Source of the DNA: Flectonema sp. DT1601
Lineage: Eukaryota
Assembly: GCA_964019425.1 (NCBI GenBank)
Contig: OZ025788.1
Location: forward strand, 1 to 64,000
Reading direction: 5' to 3'
Length of the DNA: 64,000 nucleotides
This document shows positions 1-13,765 of this stretch, piece by piece. Made by a program: the position numbers and the translations under genes. The notes beneath the pieces were generated by a model. The model saw only the letters and a list, made by a program, of their open reading frames with translations. It was not told where the DNA came from and searched no databases. Every line of letters begins with the position of its first letter. The first letter of the stretch is position 1.

Positions 1-3000
1 GGTTTGCGGGTTTGCGGGTTTGCGGGTTTGCGGGTTTGCGGGTTTGCGGGTTTGCGGGTTTGCGGGTTTGCGGGTTTGCGGGTTTGCGGGTTTGCGGGTT
101 TGCGGGTTTGCGGGTTTGCGGGTTTGCGGGTTTGCGGGTTTGCGGGTTTGCGGGTTTGCGGGTTTGCGGGTTTGCGGGTTTGCGGGTTTGCGGGTTTGCG
201 GGTTTGCGGGTTTGCGGGTTTGCGGGTTTGCGGGTTTGCGGGTTTGCGGGTTTGCGGGTTTGCGGGTTTGCGGGTTTGCGGGTTTGCGGGTTTGCGGGTT
301 TGCGGGTTTGCGGGTTTGCGGGTTTGCGGGTTTGCGGGTTTGCGGGTTTGCGGGTTTGCGGGTTTGCGGGTTTGCGGGTTTGCGGGTTTGCGGGTTTGCG
401 GGTTTGCGGGTTTGCGGGTTTGCGGGTTTGCGGGTTTGCGGGTTTGCGGGTTTGCGGGTTTGCGGGTTTGCGGGTTTGCGGGTTTGCGGGTTTGCGGGTT
501 TGCGGGTTTGCGGGTTTGCGGGTTTGCGGGTTTGCGGGTTTGCGGGTTTGCGGGTTTGCGGGTTTGCGGGTTTGCGGGTTTGCGGGTTTGCGGGTTTGCG
601 GGTTTGCGGGTTTGCGGGTTTGCGGGTTTGCGGGTTTGCGGGTTTGCGGGTTTGCGGGTTTGCGGGTTTGCGGGTTTGCGGGTTTGCGGGTTTGCGGGTT
701 TGCGGGTTTGCGGGTTTGCGGGTTTGCGGGTTTGCGGGTTTGCGGGTTTGCGGGTTTGCGGGTTTGCGGGTTTGCGGGTTTGCGGGTTTGCGGGTTTGCG
801 GGTTTGCGGGTTTGCGGGTTTGCGGGTTTGCGGGTTTGCGGGTTTGCGGGTTTGCGGGTTTGCGGGTTTGCGGGTTTGCGGGTTTGCGGGTTTGCGGGTT
901 TGCGGGTTTGCGGGTTTGCGGGTTTGCGGGTTTGCGGGTTTGCGGGTTTGCGGGTTTGCGGGTTTGCGGGTTTGCGGGTTTGCGGGTTTGCGGGTTTGCG
1001 GGTTTGCGGGTTTGCGGGTTTGCGGGTTTGCGGGTTTGCGGGTTTGCGGGTTTGCGGGTTTGCGGGTTTGCGGGTTTGCGGGTTTGCGGGTTTGCGGGTT
1101 TGCGGGTTTGCGGGTTTGCGGGTTTGCGGGTTTGCGGGTTTGCGGGTTTGCGGGTTTGCGGGTTTGCGGGTTTGCGGGTTTGCGGGTTTGCGGGTTTGCG
1201 GGTTTGCGGGTTTGCGGGTTTGCGGGTTTGCGGGTTTGCGGGTTTGCGGGTTTGCGGGTTTGCGGGTTTGCGGGTTTGCGGGTTTGCGGGTTTGCGGGTT
1301 TGCGGGTTTGCGGGTTTGCGGGTTTGCGGGTTTGCGGGTTTGCGGGTTTGCGGGTTTGCGGGTTTGCGGGTTTGCGGGTTTGCGGGTTTGCGGGTTTGCG
1401 GGTTTGCGGGTTTGCGGGTTTGCGGGTTTGCGGGTTTGCGGGTTTGCGGGTTTGCGGGTTTGCGGGTTTGCGGGTTTGCGGGTTTGCGGGTTTGCGGGTT
1501 TGCGGGTTTGCGGGTTTGCGGGTTTGCGGGTTTGCGGGTTTGCGGGTTTGCGGGTTTGCGGGTTTGCGGGTTTGCGGGTTTGCGGGTTTGCGGGTTTGCG
1601 GGTTTGCGGGTTTGCGGGTTTGCGGGTTTGCGGGTTTGCGGGTTTGCGGGTTTGCGGGTTTGCGGGTTTGCGGGTTTGCGGGTTTGCGGGTTTGCGGGTT
1701 TGCGGGTTTGCGGGTTTGCGGGTTTGCGGGTTTGCGGGTTTGCGGGTTTGCGGGTTTGCGGGTTTGCGGGTTTGCGGGTTTGCGGGTTTGCGGGTTTGCG
1801 GGTTTGCGGGTTTGCGGGTTTGCGGGTTTGCGGGTTTGCGGGTTTGCGGGTTTGCGGGTTTGCGGGTTTGCGGGTTTGCGGGTTTGCGGGTTTGCGGGTT
1901 TGCGGGTTTGCGGGTTTGCGGGTTTGCGGGTTTGCGGGTTTGCGGGTTTGCGGGTTTGCGGGTTTGCGGGTTTGCGGGTTTGCGGGTTTGCGGGTTTGCG
2001 GGTTTGCGGGTTTGCGGGTTTGCGGGTTTGCGGGTTTGCGGGTTTGCGGGTTTGCGGGTTTGCGGGTTTGCGGGTTTGCGGGTTTGCGGGTTTGCGGGTT
2101 TGCGGGTTTGCGGGTTTGCGGGTTTGCGGGTTTGCGGGTTTGCGGGTTTGCGGGTTTGCGGGTTTGCGGGTTTGCGGGTTTGCGGGTTTGCGGGTTTGCG
2201 GGTTTGCGGGTTTGCGGGTTTGCGGGTTTGCGGGTTTGCGGGTTTGCGGGTTTGCGGGTTTGCGGGTTTGCGGGTTTGCGGGTTTGCGGGTTTGCGGGTT
2301 TGCGGGTTTGCGGGTTTGCGGGTTTGCGGGTTTGCGGGTTTGCGGGTTTGCGGGTTTGCGGGTTTGCGGGTTTGCGGGTTTGCGGGTTTGCGGGTTTGCG
2401 GGTTTGCGGGTTTGCGGGTTTGCGGGTTTGCGGGTTTGCGGGTTTGCGGGTTTGCGGGTTTGCGGGTTTGCGGGTTTGCGGGTTTGCGGGTTTGCGGGTT
2501 TGCGGGTTTGCGGGTTTGCGGGTTTGCGGGTTTGCGGGTTTGCGGGTTTGCGGGTTTGCGGGTTTGCGGGTTTGCGGGTTTGCGGGTTTGCGGGTTTGCG
2601 GGTTTGCGGGTTTGCGGGTTTGCGGGTTTGCGGGTTTGCGGGTTTGCGGGTTTGCGGGTTTGCGGGTTTGCGGGTTTGCGGGTTTGCGGGTTTGCGGGTT
2701 TGCGGGTTTGCGGGTTTGCGGGTTTGCGGGTTTGCGGGTTTGCGGGTTTGCGGGTTTGCGGGTTTGCGGGTTTGCGGGTTTGCGGGTTTGCGGGTTTGCG
2801 GGTTTGCGGGTTTGCGGGTTTGCGGGTTTGCGGGTTTGCGGGTTTGCGGGTTTGCGGGTTTGCGGGTTTGCGGGTTTGCGGGTTTGCGGCGGTTTGCGGG
2901 TTTGCGGGTTTGCGGGTTTGCGGGTTTGCGGGTTTGCGGGTTTGCGGGTTTGCGGGTTTGCGGGTTTGCGGGTTTGCGGGTTTGCGGGTTTGCGGGTTTG

Positions 3001-6000
3001 CGGGTTTGCGGGTTTGCGGGTTTGCGGGTTTGCGGGTTTGCGGGTTTGCGGGTTTGCGGGTTTGCGGGTTTGCGGGTTTGCGGGTTTGCGGGTTTGCGGG
3101 TTTGCGGGTTTGCGGGTTTGCGGGTTTGCGGGTTTGCGGGTTTGCGGGTTTGCGGGTTTGCGGGTTTGCGGGTTTGCGGGTTTGCGGGTTTGCGGGTTTG
3201 CGGGTTTGCGGGTTTGCGGGTTTGCGGGTTTGCGGGTTTGCGGGTTTGCGGGTTTGCGGGTTTGCGGGTTTGCGGGTTTGCGGGTTTGCGGGTTTGCGGG
3301 TTTGCGGGTTTGCGGGTTTGCGGGTTTGCGGGTTTGCGGGTTTGCGGGTTTGCGGGTTTGCGGGTTTGCGGGTTTGCGGGTTTGCGGGTTTGCGGGTTTG
3401 CGGGTTTGCGGGTTTGCGGGTTTGCGGGTTTGCGGGTTTGCGGGTTTGCGGGTTTGCGGGTTTGCGGGTTTGCGGGTTTGCGGGTTTGCGGGTTTGCGGG
3501 TTTGCGGGTTTGCGGGTTTGCGGGTTTGCGGGTTTGCGGGTTTGCGGGTTTGCGGGTTTGCGGGTTTGCGGGTTTGCGGGTTTGCGGGTTTGCGGGTTTG
3601 CGGGTTTGCGGGTTTGCGGGTTTGCGGGTTTGCGGGTTTGCGGGTTTGCGGGTTTGCGGGTTTGCGGGTTTGCGGGTTTGCGGGTTTGCGGGTTTGCGGG
3701 TTTGCGGGTTTGCGGGTTTGCGGGTTTGCGGGTTTGCGGGTTTGCGGGTTTGCGGGTTTGCGGGTTTGCGGGTTTGCGGGTTTGCGGGTTTGCGGGTTTG
3801 CGGGTTTGCGGGTTTGCGGGTTTGCGGGTTTGCGGGTTTGCGGGTTTGCGGGTTTGCGGGTTTGCGGGTTTGCGGGTTTGCGGGTTTGCGGGTTTGCGGG
3901 TTTGCGGGTTTGCGGGTTTGCGGGTTTGCGGGTTTGCGGGTTTGCGGGTTTGCGGGTTTGCGGGTTTGCGGGTTTGCGGGTTTGCGGGTTTGCGGGTTTG
4001 CGGGTTTGCGGGTTTGCGGGTTTGCGGGTTTGCGGGTTTGCGGGTTTGCGGGTTTGCGGGTTTGCGGGTTTGCGGGTTTGCGGGTTTGCGGGTTTGCGGG
4101 TTTGCGGGTTTGCGGGTTTGCGGGTTTGCGGGTTTGCGGGTTTGCGGGTTTGCGGGTTTGCGGGTTTGCGGGTTTGCGGGTTTGCGGGTTTGCGGGTTTG
4201 CGGGTTTGCGGGTTTGCGGGTTTGCGGGTTTGCGGGTTTGCGGGTTTGCGGGTTTGCGGGTTTGCGGGTTTGCGGGTTTGCGGGTTTGCGGGTTTGCGGG
4301 TTTGCGGGTTTGCGGGTTTGCGGGTTTTGCGGGTTTGCGGGTTTGCGGGTTTGCGGGTTTGCGGGTTTGCGGGTTTGCGGGTTTGCGGGTTTGCGGGTTT
4401 GCGGGTTTGCGGGTTTGCGGGTTTGCGGGTTTGCGGGTTTGCGGGTTTGCGGGTTTGCGGGTTTGCGGGTTTGCGGGTTTGCGGGTTTGCGGGTTTGCGG
4501 GTTTGCGGGTTTGCGGGTTTGCGGGTTTGCGGGTTTGCGGGTTTGCGGGTTTGCGGGTTTGCGGGTTTGCGGGTTTGCGGGTTTGCGGGTTTGCGGGTTT
4601 GCGGGTTTGCGGGTTTGCGGGTTTGCGGGTTTGCGGGTTTGCGGGTTTGCGGGTTTGCGGGTTTGCGGGTTTGCGGGTTTGCGGGTTTGCGGGTTTGCGG
4701 GTTTGCGGGTTTGCGGGTTTGCGGGTTTGCGGGTTTGCGGGTTTGCGGGTTTGCGGGTTTGCGGGTTTGCGGGTTTGCGGGTTTGCGGGTTTGCGGGTTT
4801 GCGGGTTTGCGGGTTTGCGGGTTTGCGGGTTTGCGGGTTTGCGGGTTTGCGGGTTTGCGGGTTTGCGGGTTTGCGGGTTTGCGGGTTTGCGGGTTTGCGG
4901 GTTTGCGGGTTTGCGGGTTTGCGGGTTTGCGGGTTTGCGGGTTTGCGGGTTTGCGGGTTTGCGGGTTTGCGGGTTTGCGGGTTTGCGGGTTTGCGGGTTT
5001 GCGGGTTTGCGGGTTTGCGGGTTTGCGGGTTTGCGGGTTTGCGGGTTTGCGGGTTTGCGGGTTTGCGGGTTTGCGGGTTTGCGGGTTTGCGGGTTTGCGG
5101 GTTTGCGGGTTTGCGGGTTTGCGGGTTTGCGGTTTGCGGGTTTGCGGGTTTGCGGGTTTGCGGGTTTGCGGGTTTGCGGGTTTGCGGGTTTGCGGGTTTG
5201 CGGGTTTGCGGGTTTGCGGGTTTGCGGGTTTGCGGGTTTGCGGGTTTGCGGGTTTGCGGGTTTGCGGGTTTGCGGGTTTGCGGGTTTGCGGGTTTGCGGG
5301 TTTGCGGGTTTGCGGGTTTGCGGGTTTGCGGGTTTGCGGGTTTGCGGGTTTGCGGGTTTGCGGGTTTGCGGGTTTGCGGGTTTGCGGGTTTGCGGGTTTG
5401 CGGGTTTGCGGGTTTGCGGGTTTGCGGGTTTGCGGGTTTGCGGGTTTGCGGGTTTGCGGGTTTGCGGGTTTGCGGGTTTGCGGGTTTGCGGGTTTGCGGG
5501 TTTGCGGGTTTGCGGGTTTGCGGGTTTGCGGGTTTGCGGGTTTGCGGGTTTGCGGGTTTGCGGGTTTGCGGGTTTGCGGGTTTGCGGGTTTGCGGGTTTG
5601 CGGGTTTGCGGGTTTGCGGGTTTGCGGGTTTGCGGGTTTGCGGGTTTGCGGGTTTGCGGGTTTGCGGGTTTGCGGGTTTGCGGGTTTGCGGGTTTGCGGG
5701 TTTGCGGGTTTGCGGGTTTGCGGGTTTGCGGGTTTGCGGGTTTGCGGGTTTGCGGGTTTGCGGGTTTGCGGGTTTGCGGGTTTGCGGGTTTGCGGGTTTG
5801 CGGGTTTGCGGGTTTGCGGGTTTGCGGGTTTGCGGGTTTGCGGGTTTGCGGGTTTGCGGGTTTGCGGGTTTGCGGGTTTGCGGGTTTGCGGGTTTGCGGG
5901 TTTGCGGGTTTGCGGGTTTGCGGGTTTGCGGGTTTGCGGGTTTGCGGGTTTGCGGGTTTGCGGGTTTGCGGGTTTGCGGGTTTGCGGGTTTGCGGGTTTG

Positions 6001-9000
6001 CGGGTTTGCGGGTTTGCGGGTTTGCGGGTTTGCGGGTTTGCGGGTTTGCGGGTTTGCGGGTTTGCGGGTTTGCGGGTTTGCGGGTTTGCGGGTTTGCGGG
6101 TTTGCGGGTTTGCGGGTTTGCGGGTTTGCGGGTTTGCGGGTTTGCGGGTTTGCGGGTTTGCGGGTTTGCGGGTTTGCGGGTTTGCGGGTTTGCGGGTTTG
6201 CGGGTTTGCGGGTTTGCGGGTTTGCGGGTTTGCGGGTTTGCGGGTTTGCGGGTTTGCGGGTTTGCGGGTTTGCGGGTTTGCGGGTTTGCGGGTTTGCGGG
6301 TTTGCGGGTTTGCGGGTTTGCGGGTTTGCGGGTTTGCGGGTTTGCGGGTTTGCGGGTTTGCGGGTTTGCGGGTTTGCGGGTTTGCGGGTTTGCGGGTTTG
6401 CGGGTTTGCGGGTTTGCGGGTTTGCGGGTTTGCGGGTTTGCGGGTTTGCGGGTTTGCGGGTTTGCGGGTTTGCGGGTTTGCGGGTTTGCGGGTTTGCGGG
6501 TTTGCGGGTTTGCGGGTTTGCGGGTTTGCGGGTTTGCGGGTTTGCGGGTTTGCGGGTTTGCGGGTTTGCGGGTTTGCGGGTTTGCGGGTTTGCGGGTTTG
6601 CGGGTTTGCGGGTTTGCGGGTTTGCGGGTTTGCGGGTTTGCGGGTTTGCGGGTTTGCGGGTTTGCGGGTTTGCGGGTTTGCGGGTTTGCGGGTTTGCGGG
6701 TTTGCGGGTTTGCGGGTTTGCGGGTTTGCGGGTTTGCGGGTTTGCGGGTTTGCGGGTTTGCGGGTTTGCGGGTTTGCGGGTTTGCGGGTTTGCGGGTTTG
6801 CGGGTTTGCGGGTTTGCGGGTTTGCGGGTTTGCGGGTTTGCGGGTTTGCGGGTTTGCGGGTTTGCGGGTTTGCGGGTTTGCGGGTTTGCGGGTTTGCGGG
6901 TTTGCGGGTTTGCGGGTTTGCGGGTTTGCGGGTTTGCGGGTTTGCGGGTTTGCGGGTTTGCGGGTTTGCGGGTTTGCGGGTTTGCGGGTTTGCGGGTTTG
7001 CGGGTTTGCGGGTTTGCGGGTTTGCGGGTTTGCGGGTTTGCGGGTTTGCGGGTTTGCGGGTTTGCGGGTTTGCGGGTTTGCGGGTTTGCGGGTTTGCGGG
7101 TTTGCGGGTTTGCGGGTTTGCGGGTTTGCGGGTTTGCGGGTTTGCGGGTTTGCGGGTTTGCGGGTTTGCGGGTTTGCGGGTTTGCGGGTTTGCGGGTTTG
7201 CGGGTTTGCGGGTTTGCGGGTTTGCGGGTTTGCGGGTTTGCGGGTTTGCGGGTTTGCGGGTTTGCGGGTTTGCGGGTTTGCGGGTTTGCGGGTTTGCGGG
7301 TTTGCGGGTTTGCGGGTTTGCGGGTTTGCGGGTTTGCGGGTTTGCGGGTTTGCGGGTTTGCGGGTTTGCGGGTTTGCGGGTTTGCGGGTTTGCGGGTTTG
7401 CGGGTTTGCGGGTTTGCGGGTTTGCGGGTTTGCGGGTTTGCGGGTTTGCGGGTTTGCGGGTTTGCGGGTTTGCGGGTTTGCGGGTTTGCGGGTTTGCGGG
7501 TTTGCGGGTTTGCGGGTTTGCGGGTTTGCGGGTTTGCGGGTTTGCGGGTTTGCGGGTTTGCGGGTTTGCGGGTTTGCGGGTTTGCGGGTTTGCGGGTTTG
7601 CGGGTTTGCGGGTTTGCGGGTTTGCGGGTTTGCGGGTTTGCGGGTTTGCGGGTTTGCGGGTTTGCGGGTTTGCGGGTTTGCGGGTTTGCGGGTTTGCGGG
7701 TTTGCGGGTTTGCGGGTTTGCGGGTTTGCGGGTTTGCGGGTTTGCGGGTTTGCGGGTTTGCGGGTTTGCGGGTTTGCGGGTTTGCGGGTTTGCGGGTTTG
7801 CGGGTTTGCGGGTTTGCGGGTTTGCGGGTTTGCGGGTTTGCGGGTTTGCGGGTTTGCGGGTTTGCGGGTTTGCGGGTTTGCGGGTTTGCGGGTTTGCGGG
7901 TTTGCGGGTTTGCGGGTTTGCGGGTTTGCGGGTTTGCGGGTTTGCGGGTTTGCGGGTTTGCGGGTTTGCGGGTTTGCGGGTTTGCGGGTTTGCGGGTTTG
8001 CGGGTTTGCGGGTTTGCGGGTTTGCGGGTTTGCGGGTTTGCGGGTTTGCGGGTTTGCGGGTTTGCGGGTTTGCGGGTTTGCGGGTTTGCGGGTTTGCGGG
8101 TTTGCGGGTTTGCGGGTTTGCGGGTTTGCGGGTTTGCGGGTTTGCGGGTTTGCGGGTTTGCGGGTTTGCGGGTTTGCGGGTTTGCGGGTTTGCGGGTTTG
8201 CGGGTTTGCGGGTTTGCGGGTTTGCGGGTTTGCGGGTTTGCGGGTTTGCGGGTTTGCGGGTTTGCGGGTTTGCGGGTTTGCGGGTTTGCGGGTTTGCGGG
8301 TTTGCGGGTTTGCGGGTTTGCGGGTTTGCGGGTTTGCGGGTTTGCGGGTTTGCGGGTTTGCGGGTTTGCGGGTTTGCGGGTTTGCGGGTTTGCGGGTTTG
8401 CGGGTTTGCGGGTTTGCGGGTTTGCGGGTTTGCGGGTTTGCGGGTTTGCGGGTTTGCGGGTTTGCGGGTTTGCGGGTTTGCGGGTTTGCGGGTTTGCGGG
8501 TTTGCGGGTTTGCGGGTTTGCGGGTTTGCGGGTTTGCGGGTTTGCGGGTTTGCGGGTTTGCGGGTTTGCGGGTTTGCGGGTTTGCGGGTTTGCGGGTTTG
8601 CGGGTTTGCGGGTTTGCGGGTTTGCGGGTTTGCGGGTTTGCGGGTTTGCGGGTTTGCGGGTTTGCGGGTTTGCGGGTTTGCGGGTTTGCGGGTTTGCGGG
8701 TTTGCGGGTTTGCGGGTTTGCGGGTTTGCGGGTTTGCGGGTTTGCGGGTTTGCGGGTTTGCGGGTTTGCGGGTTTGCGGGTTTGCGGGTTTGCGGGTTTG
8801 CGGGTTTGCGGGTTTGCGGGTTTGCGGGTTTGCGGGTTTGCGGGTTTGCGGGTTTGCGGGTTTGCGGGTTTGCGGGTTTGCGGGTTTGCGGGTTTGCGGG
8901 TTTGCGGGTTTGCGGGTTTGCGGGTTTGCGGGTTTGCGGGTTTGCGGGTTTGCGGGTTTGCGGGTTTGCGGGTTTGCGGGTTTGCGGGTTTGCGGGTTTG

Positions 9001-12000
9001 CGGGTTTGCGGGTTTGCGGGTTTGCGGGTTTGCGGGTTTGCGGGTTTGCGGGTTTGCGGGTTTGCGGGTTTGCGGGTTTGCGGGTTTGCGGGTTTGCGGG
9101 TTTGCGGGTTTGCGGGTTTGCGGGTTTGCGGGTTTGCGGGTTTGCGGGTTTGCGGGTTTGCGGGTTTGCGGGTTTGCGGGTTTGCGGGTTTGCGGGTTTG
9201 CGGGTTTGCGGGTTTGCGGGTTTGCGGGTTTGCGGGTTTGCGGGTTTGCGGGTTTGCGGGTTTGCGGGTTTGCGGGTTTGCGGGTTTGCGGGTTTGCGGG
9301 TTTGCGGGTTTGCGGGTTTGCGGGTTTGCGGGTTTGCGGGTTTGCGGGTTTGCGGGTTTGCGGGTTTGCGGGTTTGCGGGTTTGCGGGTTTGCGGGTTTG
9401 CGGGTTTGCGGGTTTGCGGGTTTGCGGGTTTGCGGGTTTGCGGGTTTGCGGGTTTGCGGGTTTGCGGGTTTGCGGGTTTGCGGGTTTGCGGGTTTGCGGG
9501 TTTGCGGGTTTGCGGGTTTGCGGGTTTGCGGGTTTGCGGGTTTGCGGGTTTGCGGGTTTGCGGGTTTGCGGGTTTGCGGGTTTGCGGGTTTGCGGGTTTG
9601 CGGGTTTGCGGGTTTGCGGGTTTGCGGGTTTGCGGGTTTGCGGGTTTGCGGGTTTGCGGGTTTGCGGGTTTGCGGGTTTGCGGGTTTGCGGGTTTGCGGG
9701 TTTGCGGGTTTGCGGGTTTGCGGGTTTGCGGGTTTGCGGGTTTGCGGGTTTGCGGGTTTGCGGGTTTGCGGGTTTGCGGGTTTGCGGGTTTGCGGGTTTG
9801 CGGGTTTGCGGGTTTGCGGGTTTGCGGGTTTGCGGGTTTGCGGGTTTGCGGGTTTGCGGGTTTGCGGGTTTGCGGGTTTGCGGGTTTGCGGGTTTGCGGG
9901 TTTGCGGGTTTGCGGGTTTGCGGGTTTGCGGGTTTGCGGGTTTGCGGGTTTGCGGGTTTGCGGGTTTGCGGGTTTGCGGGTTTGCGGGTTTGCGGGTTTG
10001 CGGGTTTGCGGGTTTGCGGGTTTGCGGGTTTGCGGGTTTGCGGGTTTGCGGGTTTGCGGGTTTGCGGGTTTGCGGGTTTGCGGGTTTGCGGGTTTGCGGG
10101 TTTGCGGGTTTGCGGGTTTGCGGGTTTGCGGGTTTGCGGGTTTGCGGGTTTGCGGGTTTGCGGGTTTGCGGGTTTGCGGGTTTGCGGGTTTGCGGGTTTG
10201 CGGGTTTGCGGGTTTGCGGGTTTGCGGGTTTGCGGGTTTGCGGGTTTGCGGGTTTGCGGGTTTGCGGGTTTGCGGGTTTGCGGGTTTGCGGGTTTGCGGG
10301 TTTGCGGGTTTGCGGGTTTGCGGGTTTGCGGGTTTGCGGGTTTGCGGGTTTGCGGGTTTGCGGGTTTGCGGGTTTGCGGGTTTGCGGGTTTGCGGGTTTG
10401 CGGGTTTGCGGGTTTGCGGGTTTGCGGGTTTGCGGGTTTGCGGGTTTGCGGGTTTGCGGGTTTGCGGGTTTGCGGGTTTGCGGGTTTGCGGGTTTGCGGG
10501 TTTGCGGGTTTGCGGGTTTGCGGGTTTGCGGGTTTGCGGGTTTGCGGGTTTGCGGGTTTGCGGGTTTGCGGGTTTGCGGGTTTGCGGGTTTGCGGGTTTG
10601 CGGGTTTGCGGGTTTGCGGGTTTGCGGGTTTGCGGGTTTGCGGGTTTGCGGGTTTGCGGGTTTGCGGGTTTGCGGGTTTGCGGGTTTGCGGGTTTGCGGG
10701 TTTGCGGGTTTGCGGGTTTGCGGGTTTGCGGGTTTGCGGGTTTGCGGGTTTGCGGGTTTGCGGGTTTGCGGGTTTGCGGGTTTGCGGGTTTGCGGGTTTG
10801 CGGGTTTGCGGGTTTGCGGGTTTGCGGGTTTGCGGGTTTGCGGGTTTGCGGGTTTGCGGGTTTGCGGGTTTGCGGGTTTGCGGGTTTGCGGGTTTGCGGG
10901 TTTGCGGGTTTGCGGGTTTGCGGGTTTGCGGGTTTGCGGGTTTGCGGGTTTGCGGGTTTGCGGGTTTGCGGGTTTGCGGGTTTGCGGGTTTGCGGGTTTG
11001 CGGGTTTGCGGGTTTGCGGGTTTGCGGGTTTGCGGGTTTGCGGGTTTGCGGGTTTGCGGGTTTGCGGGTTTGCGGGTTTGCGGGTTTGCGGGTTTGCGGG
11101 TTTGCGGGTTTGCGGGTTTGCGGGTTTGCGGGTTTGCGGGTTTGCGGGTTTGCGGGTTTGCGGGTTTGCGGGTTTGCGGGTTTGCGGGTTTGCGGGTTTG
11201 CGGGTTTGCGGGTTTGCGGGTTTGCGGGTTTGCGGGTTTGCGGGTTTGCGGGTTTGCGGGTTTGCGGGTTTGCGGGTTTGCGGGTTTGCGGGTTTGCGGG
11301 TTTGCGGGTTTGCGGGTTTGCGGGTTTGCGGGTTTGCGGGTTTGCGGGTTTGCGGGTTTGCGGGTTTGCGGGTTTGCGGGTTTGCGGGTTTGCGGGTTTG
11401 CGGGTTTGCGGGTTTGCGGGTTTGCGGGTTTGCGGGTTTGCGGGTTTGCGGGTTTGCGGGTTTGCGGGTTTGCGGGTTTGCGGGTTTGCGGGTTTGCGGG
11501 TTTGCGGGTTTGCGGGTTTGCGGGTTTGCGGGTTTGCGGGTTTGCGGGTTTGCGGGTTTGCGGGTTTGCGGGTTTGCGGGTTTGCGGGTTTGCGGGTTTG
11601 CGGGTTTGCGGGTTTGCGGGTTTGCGGGTTTGCGGGTTTGCGGGTTTGCGGGTTTGCGGGTTTGCGGGTTTGCGGGTTTGCGGGTTTGCGGGTTTGCGGG
11701 TTTGCGGGTTTGCGGGTTTGCGGGTTTGCGGGTTTGCGGGTTTGCGGGTTTGCGGGTTTGCGGGTTTGCGGGTTTGCGGGTTTGCGGGTTTGCGGGTTTG
11801 CGGGTTTGCGGGTTTGCGGGTTTGCGGGTTTGCGGGTTTGCGGGTTTGCGGGTTTGCGGGTTTGCGGGTTTGCGGGTTTGCGGGTTTGCGGGTTTGCGGG
11901 TTTGCGGGTTTGCGGGTTTGCGGGTTTGCGGGTTTGCGGGTTTGCGGGTTTGCGGGTTTGCGGGTTTGCGGGTTTGCGGGTTTGCGGGTTTGCGGGTTTG

Positions 12001-13765
12001 CGGGTTTGCGGGTTTGCGGGTTTGCGGGTTTGCGGGTTTGCGGGTTTGCGGGTTTGCGGGTTTGCGGGTTTGCGGGTTTGCGGGTTTGCGGGTTTGCGGG
12101 TTTGCGGGTTTGCGGGTTTGCGGGTTTGCGGGTTTGCGGGTTTGCGGGTTTGCGGGTTTGCGGGTTTGCGGGTTTGCGGGTTTGCGGGTTTGCGGGTTTG
12201 CGGGTTTGCGGGTTTGCGGGTTTGCGGGTTTGCGGGTTTGCGGGTTTGCGGGTTTGCGGGTTTGCGGGTTTGCGGGTTTGCGGGTTTGCGGGTTTGCGGG
12301 TTTGCGGGTTTGCGGGTTTGCGGGTTTGCGGGTTTGCGGGTTTGCGGGTTTGCGGGTTTGCGGGTTTGCGGGTTTGCGGGTTTGCGGGTTTGCGGGTTTG
12401 CGGGTTTGCGGGTTTGCGGGTTTGCGGGTTTGCGGGTTTGCGGGTTTGCGGGTTTGCGGGTTTGCGGGTTTGCGGGTTTGCGGGTTTGCGGGTTTGCGGG
12501 TTTGCGGGTTTGCGGGTTTGCGGGTTTGCGGGTTTGCGGGTTTGCGGGTTTGCGGGTTTGCGGGTTTGCGGGTTTGCGGGTTTGCGGGTTTGCGGGTTTG
12601 CGGGTTTGCGGGTTTGCGGGTTTGCGGGTTTGCGGGTTTGCGGGTTTGCGGGTTTGCGGGTTTGCGGGTTTGCGGGTTTGCGGGTTTGCGGGTTTGCGGG
12701 TTTGCGGGTTTGCGGGTTTGCGGGTTTGCGGGTTTGCGGGTTTGCGGGTTTGCGGGTTTGCGGGTTTGCGGGTTTGCGGGTTTGCGGGTTTGCGGGTTTG
12801 CGGGTTTGCGGGTTTGCGGGTTTGCGGGTTTGCGGGTTTGCGGGTTTGCGGGTTTGCGGGTTTGCGGGTTTGCGGGTTTGCGGGTTTGCGGGTTTGCGGG
12901 TTTGCGGGTTTGCGGGTTTGCGGGTTTGCGGGTTTGCGGGTTTGCGGGTTTGCGGGTTTGCGGGTTTGCGGGTTTGCGGGTTTGCGGGTTTGCGGGTTTG
13001 CGGGTTTGCGGGTTTGCGGGTTTGCGGGTTTGCGGGTTTGCGGGTTTGCGGGTTTGCGGGTTTGCGGGTTTGCGGGTTTGCGGGTTTGCGGGTTTGCGGG
13101 TTTGCGGGTTTGCGGGTTTGCGGGTTTGCGGGTTTGCGGGTTTGCGGGTTTGCGGGTTTGCGGGTTTGCGGGTTTGCGGGTTTGCGGGTTTGCGGGTTTG
13201 CGGGTTTGCGGGTTTGCGGGTTTGCGGGTTTGCGGGTTTGCGGGTTTGCGGGTTTGCGGGTTTGCGGGTTTGCGGGTTTGCGGGTTTGCGGGTTTGCGGG
13301 TTTGCGGGTTTGCGGGTTTGCGGGTTTGCGGGTTTGCGGGTTTGCGGGTTTGCGGGTTTGCGGGTTTGCGGGTTTGCGGGTTTGCGGGTTTGCGGGTTTG
13401 CGGGTTTGCGGGTTTGCGGGTTTGCGGGTTTGCGGGTTTGCGGGTTTGCGGGTTTGCGGGTTTGCGGGTTTGCGGGTTTGCGGGTTTGCGGGTTTGCGGG
13501 TTTGCGGGTTTGCGGGTTTGCGGGTTTGCGGGTTTGCGGGTTTGCGGGTTTGCGGGTTTGCGGGTTTGCGGGTTTGCGGGTTTGCGGGTTTGCGGGTTTG
13601 CGGGTTTGCGGGTTTGCGGGTTTGCGGGTTTGCGGGTTTGCGGGTTTGCGGGTTTGCGGGTTTGCGGGTTTGCGGGTTTGCGGGTTTGCGGGTTTGCGGG
13701 TTTGCGGGTTTGCGGGTTTGCGGGTTTGCGGGTTTGCGGGTTTGCGGGTTTGCAGGTCTGCGGGT
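1..13765. repeat. Telomere-like 8-bp tandem satellite (GGGTTTGC)n, ~1,720 units, open at the left window edge
   Basis: Read directly. Only three internal irregularities (~2890 gcggcgg, ~4326 extra T, ~5131 missing G) and degenerate terminal units (gcaggtctgcgggt, 13752-13765). Confidence 0.99.

Noticed and set aside
2885..5135. Three variant units inside the long array as higher-order structure
   Set aside because: They are isolated small indels with no periodicity and may be sequencing or consensus errors.
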